In this document: piece after piece, positions 40,134 through 49,707 of the stretch
Layout: the number at the start of each line of letters is the position of its first letter
Position numbering within the stretch: the stretch's first letter is position 1
DNA from: Alphaproteobacteria bacterium
Lineage (GTDB): Bacteria; Pseudomonadota; Alphaproteobacteria; SHVP01
Length of the DNA: 64,000 bases
Assembly: GCA_947473325.1 (NCBI GenBank)
Contig: CANJEJ010000001.1
Coordinates: 15,255-79,254, forward strand
Direction: 5' to 3'
Notes under the pieces: model-generated
What the model was told of the DNA's origin: nothing
What the model saw: only the letters and a program-made list of their open reading frames with translations
The model's database searches: none
Translations under genes and position numbers: made by a program

Positions 40134-40771
40134 GCGTTGCCATCATCGACTATGGCTCGGGCAACCTGCGCTCGGCGGCCAAGGCCTTCGAGCGCGCGCT
40201 GCGCGAAAGCGGCAGCAGTGAAAGTGTCGCCGTGACGGACGACGCGAAGATCGTGGCCGCCGCCGATCGGATCGTGCTGCCCGGCGTCGGTGCCTTTGCC
40301 GACTGTCGCCGCGGACTTTACGCTGTGCCAGGCATGGTCGATGCACTGACCGAAGCGGTGCTGGTGCGTGGCCGGCCGTTCCTCGGCATCTGCGTCGGCA
40401 TGCAGTTGATGGCGACACGCGGGCTGGAACATGGTTCGCATGACGGCTTCGGCTGGATCCCCGGCGAGGTGCGCCCGATCGAGCCCGGCCCCGGCCGTCC
40501 TGTACCGCACATGGGCTGGAACGACCTGCAGCTGCGCGTGCCGTCGCACGCGGCGCTCACTGGCATTGCGCCCGGCGCCCATGCCTATTTCGTCCATTCC
40601 TATGCGATCGTCTGCGACAACCCGGATCATGTGCTGGCGACGGTCGACTATGGCGGAGCGATCACCGCGCTGGTCGGCCGCAACAACATGATCGGCACCC
40701 AGTTTCACCCGGAGAAAAGCCAGGCCACCGGCCTGCGTCTGATCGCGAACTTTCTGTCCTGGAGGCCGTGA
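40130..40771 (+). CDS. hisH: Imidazole glycerol phosphate synthase, glutamine amidotransferase subunit
   Basis: Track ORF 39839..40771 trimmed to a GTG at 40130 ([15 protein letters not shown]) overlapping the upstream stop; [14 protein letters not shown]. Confidence 0.93.
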   Translation: MSVAIIDYGSGNLRSAAKAFERALRESGSSESVAVTDDAKIVAAADRIVLPGVGAFADCRRGLYAVPGMVDALTEAVLVRGRPFLGICVGMQLMATRGLEHGSHDGFGWIPGEVRPIEPGPGRPVPHMGWNDLQLRVPSHAALTGIAPGAHAYFVHSYAIVCDNPDHVLATVDYGGAITALVGRNNMIGTQFHPEKSQATGLRLIANFLSWRP

Positions 40772-40772
40772 C

Positions 40773-41297
40773 ATGCCCGTGACCCAGGTGCAGTGGCTCA
40801 CCCAGCTCAACGCCGTCGATCTTGAATCGATCTGCGACGCGACCGCGGAAGCGATCCAGAACGGCATCGGCTTCGACTGGATCCACCAGCCCCCGCGCGC
40901 CCGCCTGGAAGCCTATTGGCGCGGCGTCATGCTGGTGCCGGACCGCATGCTGGTGGTCGGCCGCTTCGATGGCGTCATCGCCGGCACCGGCCAGCTGGTG
41001 AAGCCCTCGGCCAACAACGAAGCTGGCGCCTTCAACACCATCCTGTCGACCTTCTTCGTGGCGCCCTGGGCGCGGGGCCATGGCCTTGCCCGTGCCATGC
41101 TGCGCGACATCTCCCGGCGTGCGCGCGAAGAGGGCTTCCTGCAGATTTCGCTCGACGTGCGCGAAACCCAGACGGCCGCAATCCAGCTCTACGAAGGTGC
41201 GGGTTTCAAGCGTTGGGGCATCAAGGACCGCTATGCCAAGGTCGGCACGAAATATATTCGCGGCTACTTCTATGCCAAGGACCTGACCGAGCCGTGA
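40773..41297 (+). CDS. GNAT-family N-acetyltransferase
   Basis: 174 aa. [16 protein letters not shown]...[10 protein letters not shown] acetyl-CoA-binding core. Confidence 0.8.
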   Translation: MPVTQVQWLTQLNAVDLESICDATAEAIQNGIGFDWIHQPPRARLEAYWRGVMLVPDRMLVVGRFDGVIAGTGQLVKPSANNEAGAFNTILSTFFVAPWARGHGLARAMLRDISRRAREEGFLQISLDVRETQTAAIQLYEGAGFKRWGIKDRYAKVGTKYIRGYFYAKDLTEP

Positions 41298-42016
41298 TCC
41301 TCTATCCCGCGATCGACCTGAAGGATGGCGCCTGCGTGCGCCTCAAGCTCGGCGACATGCAGCAAGCGACGGTGTTCAACACCGATCCCGGCGCGCAGGC
41401 CCGCCAGTTCGAATCGCTTGGCTTCACGCACTTGCACGTCGTCGACCTCAACGGCTCCTTCGCCGGCAAGCCGGTGAATGCCGCGGCCGTCGACGCGATC
41501 CTGACAGCGACGAAGAGTCCGGTGCAGCTGGGCGGCGGCATCCGCAGCATGGCAACGATTCGCGACTGGCTGTCACGCGGTGTCTCGCGCGTCATTCTTG
41601 GCACCGCGGCGCTGCGCGACCCCGATCTCGTGCGCCAGGCCTGCAAGGAATTTCCCGGCAAGGTGGCCGTCGGCATCGACGCGCGCGGCGGTTTCGTCGC
41701 CGTCGAGGGTTGGTCGCAGACCAGCAGCATGAAGGCCATCGATCTTGCGAAGTCCTTCGAGGACGCCGGCGTGGCCGCGCTCATTCACACCGACATTGAT
41801 CGCGACGGCATCCTGCAGGGGGTCAATGTCGAGGCAACACTGGCACTCGCCCGTGCGGTGTCCATTCCCGTGATCGCCTCGGGCGGCGTCGCCACGGTCG
41901 ACGACGTGCGGGCGCTGGCGCGGCATGAGAGGGACGGCATTAGCGGCGCCATCATCGGCCGTGCCCTCTATGACGGCGGTCTCGACGCCAGGGCCGCGCT
42001 TGCGGCGGCGGCCTGA
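41294..42016 (+). CDS. hisA: ProFAR isomerase HisA
   Basis: Track ORF 40916..42016 trimmed to a GTG at 41294 ([17 protein letters not shown]) overlapping the GNAT stop. Confidence 0.93.
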   Translation: MILYPAIDLKDGACVRLKLGDMQQATVFNTDPGAQARQFESLGFTHLHVVDLNGSFAGKPVNAAAVDAILTATKSPVQLGGGIRSMATIRDWLSRGVSRVILGTAALRDPDLVRQACKEFPGKVAVGIDARGGFVAVEGWSQTSSMKAIDLAKSFEDAGVAALIHTDIDRDGILQGVNVEATLALARAVSIPVIASGGVATVDDVRALARHERDGISGAIIGRALYDGGLDARAALAAAA

Positions 42017-42019
42017 ACC

Positions 42020-42775
42020 ATGCTGAAGGCCCGCATCATTCCCTGTCTCGACGTCAAGGACGGCCGCGTAGTCAAGGGCGTGCAGTTCGTCGACCTGCGC
42101 GATGCCGGCGACCCGGTCGAACAGGCGCGCGTCTATGACGCGCAGGGCGCCGATGAGCTATGCTTCCTCGACATCACGGCAAGCCATGAAAACCGCGACA
42201 CCATTTTCGATGTCGTGTGCCGCACCGCCGAACAATGCTTCATGCCTCTGACGGTCGGCGGCGGCGTGCGGACGGTGGACGACATCCGCAAACTGCTGCT
42301 GGCAGGCGCCGACAAGGTGTCGATCAATTCCGCCGCCGTCGCCAATCCCGAATTCGTCCGGGAGGCCGCCAACAAGTTCGGCAGCCAATGCATCGTCGTC
42401 GCCATTGACAGCCGGCGCGCGCAGGGACGGTGCGAGGTGTTTACACATGGCGGCCGCAAGGAAACCGGCATCGATGCCATCGACTGGGCCGCGCGGATGG
42501 CGGACTACGGCGCGGGCGAAATCCTGCTCACCTCGATGGATCAGGACGGCACGAAGAAGGGTTTCGACATCGAATTGACCCGCGCGGTGGCCGATGCGGT
42601 TTCTGTGCCAGTCATAGCGTCCGGCGGTGTCGGCAACCTCGACCATCTCGTCGCCGGCGTGCGCGACGGCCACGCGACGGCAGTGCTGGCCGCGTCCATC
42701 TTCCATTTCGGCGAATACACCATCGCCCAGGCCAAGGCGCACCTGAAGTCGCATGGCGTGGCAATTCGGGACTGA
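42020..42775 (+). CDS. hisF: Imidazole glycerol phosphate synthase cyclase subunit
   Basis: 251 aa. [28 protein letters not shown]. Confidence 0.97.
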   Translation: MLKARIIPCLDVKDGRVVKGVQFVDLRDAGDPVEQARVYDAQGADELCFLDITASHENRDTIFDVVCRTAEQCFMPLTVGGGVRTVDDIRKLLLAGADKVSINSAAVANPEFVREAANKFGSQCIVVAIDSRRAQGRCEVFTHGGRKETGIDAIDWAARMADYGAGEILLTSMDQDGTKKGFDIELTRAVADAVSVPVIASGGVGNLDHLVAGVRDGHATAVLAASIFHFGEYTIAQAKAHLKSHGVAIRD

Positions 42776-42797
42776 GAGACGTTCGGGGGGACCTGTC

Positions 42798-43172
42798 ATG
42801 CAACTTGAAGCGCGCTACTTCCGGGCCGCGGTGATCTACGCCCTGCTTGGCCTTCTGCTCGGAATCCACATGGCGAGTTCGCAAGACCACACGCAGATGC
42901 CCACGCATGCGCATCTCCTGCTGCTGGGCTGGGTGTCGCTCTTTCTGGCGGGCGGCTTCTTCCGGCTGTACCCAACTGTGCAGGGCAAACTTGCTGCCGC
43001 ACATTGGTGGATCGCCAATATCGGGATACTGGTCATGGTGCCGGGTGTCGGCCTGATCATGGCGGGCATCGAGGGGCCCGGCGTTCCGCTCGCCAGTGGC
43101 GGCGCGCTGATCGTCCTGTTCGGCATGGCCATCTTCGCTTGGCTTGTGTTCCGCGCGACAAAGCGCGCGTAA
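42798..43172 (+). CDS. hypothetical 4-TM membrane protein
   Basis: Trimmed to MQLEARYFRAAVIYALLG; four hydrophobic helices with His pairs (HMASSQDH, HAH); no family recognised. Confidence 0.5.
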   Translation: MQLEARYFRAAVIYALLGLLLGIHMASSQDHTQMPTHAHLLLLGWVSLFLAGGFFRLYPTVQGKLAAAHWWIANIGILVMVPGVGLIMAGIEGPGVPLASGGALIVLFGMAIFAWLVFRATKRA

Positions 43173-43176
43173 CGCC

Positions 43177-44094
43177 ATGACCACCCCGGCCGCGACGGAC
43201 CCGTCTGGCGCAGCGGCCATCACGGGCATTGTCGCCGCGCTGGCCACGGTCACCATGTGGGGCGCCTGGGTGGTGGCGACACGCTTTGGCGTGGCCGGCA
43301 CGCTGATGCCGGTCGAGGTGGCGCTGCTGCGTGTCGGCCCGCCGGGTATCGTCCTGCTGCCGCTCTTCCTGCGCCTGTGGCCCGAGGTGCGCCGTATCGG
43401 CTGGGGCCGCACACTGGTCATCATGGTCGGCGCCGGCGCGCCCTTCCTGCTCGTGGTCGGTACCGGGATGCGTTTCGCGCCGGCTGCCGACGCAGGCGCC
43501 TTGCTGCCCGGCACGATGCCGCTCTGGGTTTCGCTCTTTGCCGCCGCCTTCTTCGCCGAACGCTTCACGCCGTCACGGCTCGCCGGTCTTGGCCTCATCG
43601 TCCTCGGCGGCGTCTGCGTCGGCGGCTACAGCCTCGTGGCGGGCGAACCCGGCGAATGGCGCGGCCATCTTCTGTTCCTCACCGGCGCGGCCATGTGGGG
43701 TTGCTACACGCTTGCCCTGCGTTTTTCCGGCCTGGGCCCATGGCAGGCTGCGGCGCTGGTCAATTGCGGCTCGTTTCTCGTCCTGCTGCCGCTGGCACTG
43801 ATCTTCGGCAACCTGCAGTTCAACGCCACCACCGGTGAGCTTGCCGGCCAGTTCGTGGCGCAGGGGCTGTTCTCCGGCCTGCTGGCGATGGCGAGTTATG
43901 GCTTCTCTGTACGGGCGCTTGGCGCGGCGCGCGCCTCGGCCTTCAGCGCCCTGACGCCGGTGATCGCCGCCCTGCTGGCGATTCCTCTGCTGGGCGAGAT
44001 CCCCGATCTGCTGACCTGGTTTGGCATCGCCGCCGTGGTCAGCGGCGTAGCGCTGGCGAGCGGCCTTGCCCGCATGCTGCGTCCCGCACCATGA
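43177..44094 (+). CDS. DMT-superfamily (EamA) transporter
   Basis: Trimmed to MTTPAATDPS; about 10 TM helices and a two-EamA-repeat pattern. Confidence 0.8.
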   Translation: MTTPAATDPSGAAAITGIVAALATVTMWGAWVVATRFGVAGTLMPVEVALLRVGPPGIVLLPLFLRLWPEVRRIGWGRTLVIMVGAGAPFLLVVGTGMRFAPAADAGALLPGTMPLWVSLFAAAFFAERFTPSRLAGLGLIVLGGVCVGGYSLVAGEPGEWRGHLLFLTGAAMWGCYTLALRFSGLGPWQAAALVNCGSFLVLLPLALIFGNLQFNATTGELAGQFVAQGLFSGLLAMASYGFSVRALGAARASAFSALTPVIAALLAIPLLGEIPDLLTWFGIAAVVSGVALASGLARMLRPAP

Positions 44095-44125
44095 CAGCGC
44101 GGCGCAAATCTGTTACGGGATTTGC

Positions 44126-44551
44126 ATGCCCGCACGAAAGCCTGCGAAACCCACGACGAAAGCCAAACCGACGGCCGTGAGCGCGCCGAAGACGAAGCCG
44201 AGCGATCCGGCCGTCATCGAGCGCCTCTACGCGGTGATCCGCGGCCGCCGCGGCGCCGACCCGGAAAAATCCTATGTGGCCCGACTCTACGCCAAGGGCC
44301 GCGTGAAGATCGCCCAGAAGGTGGGGGAGGAAGGCGTGGAAACGGCGCTGGCCGCCGTTGCGGGCAACCGCAAGGAGCTGGTGGGCGAAAGCGCCGACCT
44401 GCTGTTCATGCTGATGGTCCTGTGGTCGGAATGCGGTGTGAAGCCGGCCGATGTCTTCGCCGAACTCGCGCGGCGCGAGGGCCGCTCCGGCATCGACGAA
44501 AAGAAATCGCGCGCCGACGTGCGTGTTACCGCGCGCGGCACCAAACGCTGA
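44126..44551 (+). CDS. hisE: Phosphoribosyl-ATP pyrophosphatase with Lys/Pro/Ala-rich N-terminal tail
   Basis: Core LYAVIRGRRGADPEKSYVARLYAKG...EEGVETALAA...ESADLLFMLMVLW is HisE. Start uncertain: ATG at 44126, or an in-frame GTG about 50 nt downstream. Confidence 0.85.
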   Translation: MPARKPAKPTTKAKPTAVSAPKTKPSDPAVIERLYAVIRGRRGADPEKSYVARLYAKGRVKIAQKVGEEGVETALAAVAGNRKELVGESADLLFMLMVLWSECGVKPADVFAELARREGRSGIDEKKSRADVRVTARGTKR

Positions 44552-44559
44552 GGTCCGTC

Positions 44560-44925
44560 ATGGCCTATGATCGCAACAACATCTTTGCCAAGATCCTGCG
44601 CAAGGAAATCCCCAACAAGACGGTCTATGAGGACGATTTCGCCCTTGCCTTCCACGACATCCACCCGCAGGCGCCGGTGCATGTGCTGGTGATCCCCAAG
44701 GGCGATTTCATCTCGATGGACGACTTCTCGCAAAATGCGAAGCCGGCGGAAGTGCAGGGTTTCTTCGCCGCGGTCGGCAAGGTCGCGCGACTGGTCGGCG
44801 TCGACAAGACGGGGTACCGCCTGCTCGCCAACCATGGCGCCGACTCGCACCAGGAGGTGCCGCATTTCCATGTCCATATCGTCGGCGGCGGCGCGCTCGG
44901 TCCGCTGCTCGCCAAACGGGGTTGA
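44560..44925 (+). CDS. HIT-family (histidine triad) protein
   Basis: Trimmed to MAYDRNNIFAKILRKEIP; HIT motif VPHFHVHIVGG. Confidence 0.92.
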   Translation: MAYDRNNIFAKILRKEIPNKTVYEDDFALAFHDIHPQAPVHVLVIPKGDFISMDDFSQNAKPAEVQGFFAAVGKVARLVGVDKTGYRLLANHGADSHQEVPHFHVHIVGGGALGPLLAKRG

Positions 44926-44929
44926 CACC

Positions 44930-45616
44930 ATGCTGCGGCTGCACGGGACAAAGATTTCGCCCTACTACTCGCGGATCTGGCTGCAGGCGCAGCTCAAGGA
45001 CCTGCCACTGGAACTGGTCGAGGCCGGCCCGGACGATCCGACTCCGGACGCGATGAAGGCGCGCAACCCGCTCGGCAAGATTCCCTTCCTCGAGCATGAC
45101 AATCGGCTCTTCTTCGAATCGGAAGTGATCTGCGAATATCTCGAGGATTGCTTCCCTGAAAAGCCGCTGCGCCCCGCCAGCCCCGAGGACCGCGCCAAGG
45201 CACGCCTCATCACCCGCACGCTCGATCTCTATGTCATGCCGCCGCTGCACGCGCTGACGCCGCAGATCCGCGCGCCGCAGCGCGACGAGACGCTGATCAA
45301 GCTGCTCTTCACCCGCATCGGAGCCGGGCTTGACGTGCTGGCGACGTTCCTCGACCGCGGTCCCTACGCGATGGGCGCGGCGCCAAGCCTGCCGGACTGC
45401 GCGCTCGCCGCCGGCCTCTGGTATCTGCCCTGCATCAGCGCGCGCTTCCGGCCGGACGAGGACGTGCGCGAAGGCCATGGCGCGGCGACGGCCTATTGGC
45501 ACCACATCCGATCGGCGCCGGTCTTCATGCCGACCCTGAACGAGATGACGACCGGCTACGTCGCCTTCCGGGCCGCGTTGGAAGCGCGCCTCGCCGCCGC
45601 GCGGCAGAACGCCTAG
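44930..45616 (+). CDS. Glutathione S-transferase family protein
   Basis: Trimmed to MLRLHGTKISPYYSRIW; N-terminal thioredoxin-like domain and C-terminal helical domain. Confidence 0.8.
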   Translation: MLRLHGTKISPYYSRIWLQAQLKDLPLELVEAGPDDPTPDAMKARNPLGKIPFLEHDNRLFFESEVICEYLEDCFPEKPLRPASPEDRAKARLITRTLDLYVMPPLHALTPQIRAPQRDETLIKLLFTRIGAGLDVLATFLDRGPYAMGAAPSLPDCALAAGLWYLPCISARFRPDEDVREGHGAATAYWHHIRSAPVFMPTLNEMTTGYVAFRAALEARLAAARQNA

Positions 45617-47349
45617 GCCGGAACCTTTTCGGCCACGGGGACCTTGGTCGCGTCGTCGAGGATGTAGACATCCAGTGGTTCGGCACGCCCGCGTACATCC
45701 ACCGTCTTCTGCGTGATACCGCTGAAATCCGCACCGGCCCGCGTCACCACATCGCGGCTGACGATGAGCTGGGAGCGGTACTCCTTGTTCAGCGCCTCAA
45801 GCCGGCTCGCGGTGTTCACGGCATCGCCGATCGCGGTGATGGAGCGCACCTGGGCATAGCCCATATCGCCGACGATGACATGGCCAATGTGAATACCGAT
45901 TCCCATGCGCAGAGGCTGTGGCAGATCGTTCTTCAGGTTGGCATTGATCTCGTTGAGGCCCTGCGCCATCTGGCGCGCGGCCACCAGCGCGTCGGCGGCG
46001 CCCTGGGCGGGATCGCTTTCCACCCCAAACAGCGCCATCACGCCGTCACCAATGAACTTGTCGAGCCGCCCGCCGGCGGCTTCGACCGCGCTGCCCATGG
46101 TGCGGAAATACTGGTTCAGCACGAAGACGACGTCATAGGGCAGCTTCGTTTCCGAGAACTCGGTGAAGGAGCGGATGTCGGCAAACAGGATGGCAATCTC
46201 GCGCTCGGCGCCCGAATGGAACGAGGCCTTGGCGAAAGCGTCCTTTGGCTGTGCATCGGCGGCAAGCAGCGGTGTCACGCTCAGGTCGTGCGTCGGGCGC
46301 ACCTGGCAGGCGAGGCGAATGCCCTTGGCCGCGGTGCCGACGCGGAACAGCACGCGCTGCTCGTCGGCATTCGGCATCGGCAGATGCTCGGCGCCAATGC
46401 CCACCTTGACGCGGCAGGTGGAGCAACGGCCGCGTCCGCCGCACACCGAGGCATGCGGTACACCGGCCATGCGGCTTGCTTCCAGGATCGTGGTGCCGGC
46501 GGCAACCGTCACCTTGCGGCCGTCGGAATAGGTGAGCGTGACCTGCGTGCTGCGGTCGGTCCGGGCATGGCGGATCAGGCGTCCCGCGAAGACGAGCAGC
46601 AGAACCACCGCATAGCCGGAGAGCCAGCGGTACCAGAAACCGTAGAGATAGGCTTCGGCGGCGGCGGGATCGTCCGGGATGTTGACCAGACTCGCAAATT
46701 CGCCACCGAAGCCCTCTGCCTCGAACAGCGCCATGGTTTCGCGCCCGGCATTGGCGAAGCCTGCCAGCGCCAGAACCGGCAGCAGCAGGACGATGGGGTA
46801 GATCCAAGGCGCGACGGCGGGGAACCACGATTTCAGCCGCAGCCAGTAATACATGCCGAGCGATCCATGGGTCCACGCCAGCAGCAGCGTCACGACCATG
46901 GAGATGCCGAGCAGTGGATCGAACATCCAGTAGTTGGCAAGAACGTAGATGTAGAGATCGTTGAGGTCGAAGACGACGAAGGCCAGTCGCGTGCCGATGA
47001 TGTGCAGCGACAGGGCCGGCGGAATCAACAGGCCGCAGATGATCTGCACCATCTCGCGTGGCGGCATGATGAGCGAGCGGCGGCGATAGAGCGACCACAG
47101 CACCAGCAGCACATGCGTGATCATGCTGAAATAGAGGATCGCCGTGCCGGGCGCGGTCCGCCACACGCCGAGGAAGACTTGCCGCCCCTGTTCCATCGCC
47201 TCGAGCGAGAGGAAACCCAGGGCGTGGTTCAGGAAATGCGTGGTGACATAAACGTAGAGCACGACGCCCGAAATCAGCCGCGCCCGCGTGACCCAGTTGA
47301 CGCTGCCGCTCGCGGCAACGGCACGCGGATCAGCGACGGCAGTGGTCAT
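45613..47349 (-). CDS. membrane domain / 2Fe-2S ferredoxin / class III adenylate-guanylate cyclase fusion protein
   Basis: 578 aa. His-bearing TM helices at the N-terminus. Plant-type ferredoxin motif SVCGGRGRCSTCRV...LACQV. Cyclase core ILFADIRSFTEF...KFIGDGVMALFG...GIHIGHVIVGDMG. Confidence 0.88.
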   Translation of the reverse strand: MTTAVADPRAVAASGSVNWVTRARLISGVVLYVYVTTHFLNHALGFLSLEAMEQGRQVFLGVWRTAPGTAILYFSMITHVLLVLWSLYRRRSLIMPPREMVQIICGLLIPPALSLHIIGTRLAFVVFDLNDLYIYVLANYWMFDPLLGISMVVTLLLAWTHGSLGMYYWLRLKSWFPAVAPWIYPIVLLLPVLALAGFANAGRETMALFEAEGFGGEFASLVNIPDDPAAAEAYLYGFWYRWLSGYAVVLLLVFAGRLIRHARTDRSTQVTLTYSDGRKVTVAAGTTILEASRMAGVPHASVCGGRGRCSTCRVKVGIGAEHLPMPNADEQRVLFRVGTAAKGIRLACQVRPTHDLSVTPLLAADAQPKDAFAKASFHSGAEREIAILFADIRSFTEFSETKLPYDVVFVLNQYFRTMGSAVEAAGGRLDKFIGDGVMALFGVESDPAQGAADALVAARQMAQGLNEINANLKNDLPQPLRMGIGIHIGHVIVGDMGYAQVRSITAIGDAVNTASRLEALNKEYRSQLIVSRDVVTRAGADFSGITQKTVDVRGRAEPLDVYILDDATKVPVAEKVPA

Positions 47350-47365
47350 GGTGTTTCTCTCGCGT

Positions 47366-48355
47366 CTAGAGGTGGCGCTTGATGAGTTCGGCGAGCGCGG
47401 TTTCGGGCCGGGCTCCGAAGTGACTGATCACTTCACCTGCGGCAATCGAGCCGATGCGCCCGCTGGTGGCATGGTCATAGCCCTGCGTGTAGCCGAACAG
47501 GAAACCGGCGGCATAGAGATCGCCGGCGCCGGTGGTGTCGACGACTTTGCCGAGCGGCGCGGCATTGACCATGTGCGTCTTGTCGCCGGCCACCACCATC
47601 GCGCCCTTGGCGCTGCGGGTCAGCACGGCGACCTCGCAGCGGTGGCGGATCAGGGGCACTGCGGCGTCGAAATCGTCGACTTCGAACAGCGACATGATCT
47701 CGGTCTCGTTGGCGAACAGGATATCCACCCCGCCATTGAGCAGATCGAGGAATTCGGCGCGATAGCGGCCGACACAGAAGGCGTCGGACAGGCTCAGGGC
47801 CACCTTGCGCTTTGCGTCATGGGCGATCTTGATGGCCTTGCGGAAGGCTTCCTTGGCCTGCGGCGGGTCCCACAGGTAGCCCTCGAGATAGGTAACCTTG
47901 GAATCGGCCACCACCTTGGCATCGATATCGCCGGGCCCCAGTTCGACACAGGCGCCGAGATAGGTGGTCATGGTGCGCTGGGCGTCCGGAGTCACGAAGA
48001 TCAGGCAGCGCGCGGTGGAGGGTCCGTCGGCGAGGGCTGTCGTGTCAAACGCGACACCGGCGGCGGTCAGGTCGTGGCGAAAGACCTTGCCAAGCTCGTC
48101 GTTCTTCACCTTGCCGATATAAGCACCCCTGCCGCCCAGTGAGGCGATGCCGGCCATGGTGTTGGCGGCAGACCCGCCCGACATTTCCATGCCGGGGCCC
48201 ATCTGGCTGTAGAGCGCATCGGCCTGGGCGTTGTCGATCAGGGTCATCGATCCGGGCGCCAGCTTGTGCCGGGTCAGGAAATCGGGCTGGGCCTGGCTCA
48301 GGACATCGACAATGGCGTTGCCGATGCCGACAACGTCGAAACGGGCTTGGGACAT
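47366..48355 (-). CDS. PfkB-family kinase, adenosine kinase-like
   Basis: Track ORF trimmed to MSQARFDVVGIGNAIVDVL (ATG 48353-48355, AGGAG upstream); C-terminal DTTGAGDLYAAGF. Confidence 0.8.
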   Translation of the reverse strand: MSQARFDVVGIGNAIVDVLSQAQPDFLTRHKLAPGSMTLIDNAQADALYSQMGPGMEMSGGSAANTMAGIASLGGRGAYIGKVKNDELGKVFRHDLTAAGVAFDTTALADGPSTARCLIFVTPDAQRTMTTYLGACVELGPGDIDAKVVADSKVTYLEGYLWDPPQAKEAFRKAIKIAHDAKRKVALSLSDAFCVGRYRAEFLDLLNGGVDILFANETEIMSLFEVDDFDAAVPLIRHRCEVAVLTRSAKGAMVVAGDKTHMVNAAPLGKVVDTTGAGDLYAAGFLFGYTQGYDHATSGRIGSIAAGEVISHFGARPETALAELIKRHL

Positions 48356-48466
48356 GACGGGTGACAGTCTCCTCTGCACCGGCGTCAGAGGATCCATAGG
48401 CGACGCCGGGCGCCCGCCAGTATAGATTGCCCGGGCTGGCCGGCCAGCCAACTATCTTGCCGCGGC

Positions 48467-49192
48467 GTGTCCGAAATCACGCCCAGCCCGATCCTGAAAG
48501 GGGACGCGCGACGCATGATGTTTTCCGCCTTCAGCCGGGCGCTGGGGCAGTTGCCCGACCCCGCCTTTCGCAGTGTCCTGCTGCGCTCGGTCCTGCTTGC
48601 GATCGTCGTTTTTGTCGGCGTGGCGCTGCTGGTTGGCTGGTGGCTGTCGGGCATCGATGGCCTGACCCTGTTCGGCGTCACCATCCTGTCGGGCGAATGG
48701 CTCGGTGGCCTGGGCGGTTTCGCAGCCTTTCTGCTGACCGCCTGGCTGTTTTTTCCGGCGGTGGCCAGCCTGGTACTGGGCTTCTTCCTGGAAGACGTGG
48801 TCGATGCGGTCGACCGCCGTCACTACCCCGGCGATCCGCCCGGCCGCAGCCAGCCCTTCTTCCGCGCCTTGTGGCTGGGTTTGCGTTTCGCCGTCGTGCT
48901 GATTGTCCTCAACCTGCTCGCGCTGCCGCTATACCTGTTTCCGGTCATCAACATCGTGGTCTACCTGTTGCTGAACGGCTACCTTCTCGGTCGTGAGTAT
49001 TTCGAGCTGGTGGGTTTCCACCACATGGATCCGGCCAGCGTGACCCGGCTGCGCCGGCAGAATCGGGCGCCGGTATTCATTGCCGGTGTCATCACCGCCG
49101 GGTTCTTTGCCATTCCCTTCGTCAATCTGGTTGCTCCGCTGATCGCCACTGCCGCCATGACGCATATCTTCAAGGACCTGCGCCTGGCATGA
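48467..49192 (+). CDS. EI24/CysZ-like membrane protein
   Basis: 241 aa. Start uncertain (GTG 48467 or ATG 48515). Multi-TM, YPGDPPG loop, LNGYLLGREYFELV. Confidence 0.6.
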   Translation: MSEITPSPILKGDARRMMFSAFSRALGQLPDPAFRSVLLRSVLLAIVVFVGVALLVGWWLSGIDGLTLFGVTILSGEWLGGLGGFAAFLLTAWLFFPAVASLVLGFFLEDVVDAVDRRHYPGDPPGRSQPFFRALWLGLRFAVVLIVLNLLALPLYLFPVINIVVYLLLNGYLLGREYFELVGFHHMDPASVTRLRRQNRAPVFIAGVITAGFFAIPFVNLVAPLIATAAMTHIFKDLRLA

Positions 49193-49707
49193 CCGTCGGG
49201 CGCCTCTCCCTTACAGCCGTCGTGCTGTTGCTGGCCGCCTGCGGCGCACCGAGCGACCGCGCCATGGTGGCTAGCGCGCTTGATCAGTCCGGTCACATGG
49301 CGGTAACGCCGCGCGCCGAAACGCCGATCCAGCCGCAACCGGCACCGCCGCCCCGGCCGCCGGTACAGGCGCAAGCACCCGCTACTGCTGCCACGCCGCC
49401 GCGCCCGGCCGCCCCGACACAGCCGCGCCCGCGAAGCCGGCTGTCCGAGCTTGCCGGCCTGCATGCCGATCTCGTCGCCGATCGCCTGGGCAAGCCGACG
49501 CTGGTGCAATCGGAAGCACCCGGCCAGGTCTGGCTCTACCGCCATTCCGCCTGCGCGCTGCACGTCTTCCTCTATGAGGAAACAGGCGGCTACAAGGTCC
49601 GCCATGTCGAGACGCGCACGCCCAACGCCCGGCCGCGGCTCGATGCCGAAGCCTGCTATCAGGCAGTGGCGGGCGACGTGCCCAACCGCACGCTCGCGCG
49701 CGACTAG
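49189..49707 (+). CDS. hypothetical Pro-rich lipoprotein
   Basis: Lipobox LLLAACG, then a Pro/Ala/Gln-rich linker and a ~70-aa C-terminal domain; ATGA overlap with the upstream gene. Confidence 0.6.
   Translation: MTVGRLSLTAVVLLLAACGAPSDRAMVASALDQSGHMAVTPRAETPIQPQPAPPPRPPVQAQAPATAATPPRPAAPTQPRPRSRLSELAGLHADLVADRLGKPTLVQSEAPGQVWLYRHSACALHVFLYEETGGYKVRHVETRTPNARPRLDAEACYQAVAGDVPNRTLARD

Noticed and set aside
45496-47382. 628-aa plus-strand ORF
   Set aside because: It is antisense to the membrane/2Fe-2S/cyclase gene, whose product has clear domain motifs. The plus-strand translation is low-complexity.
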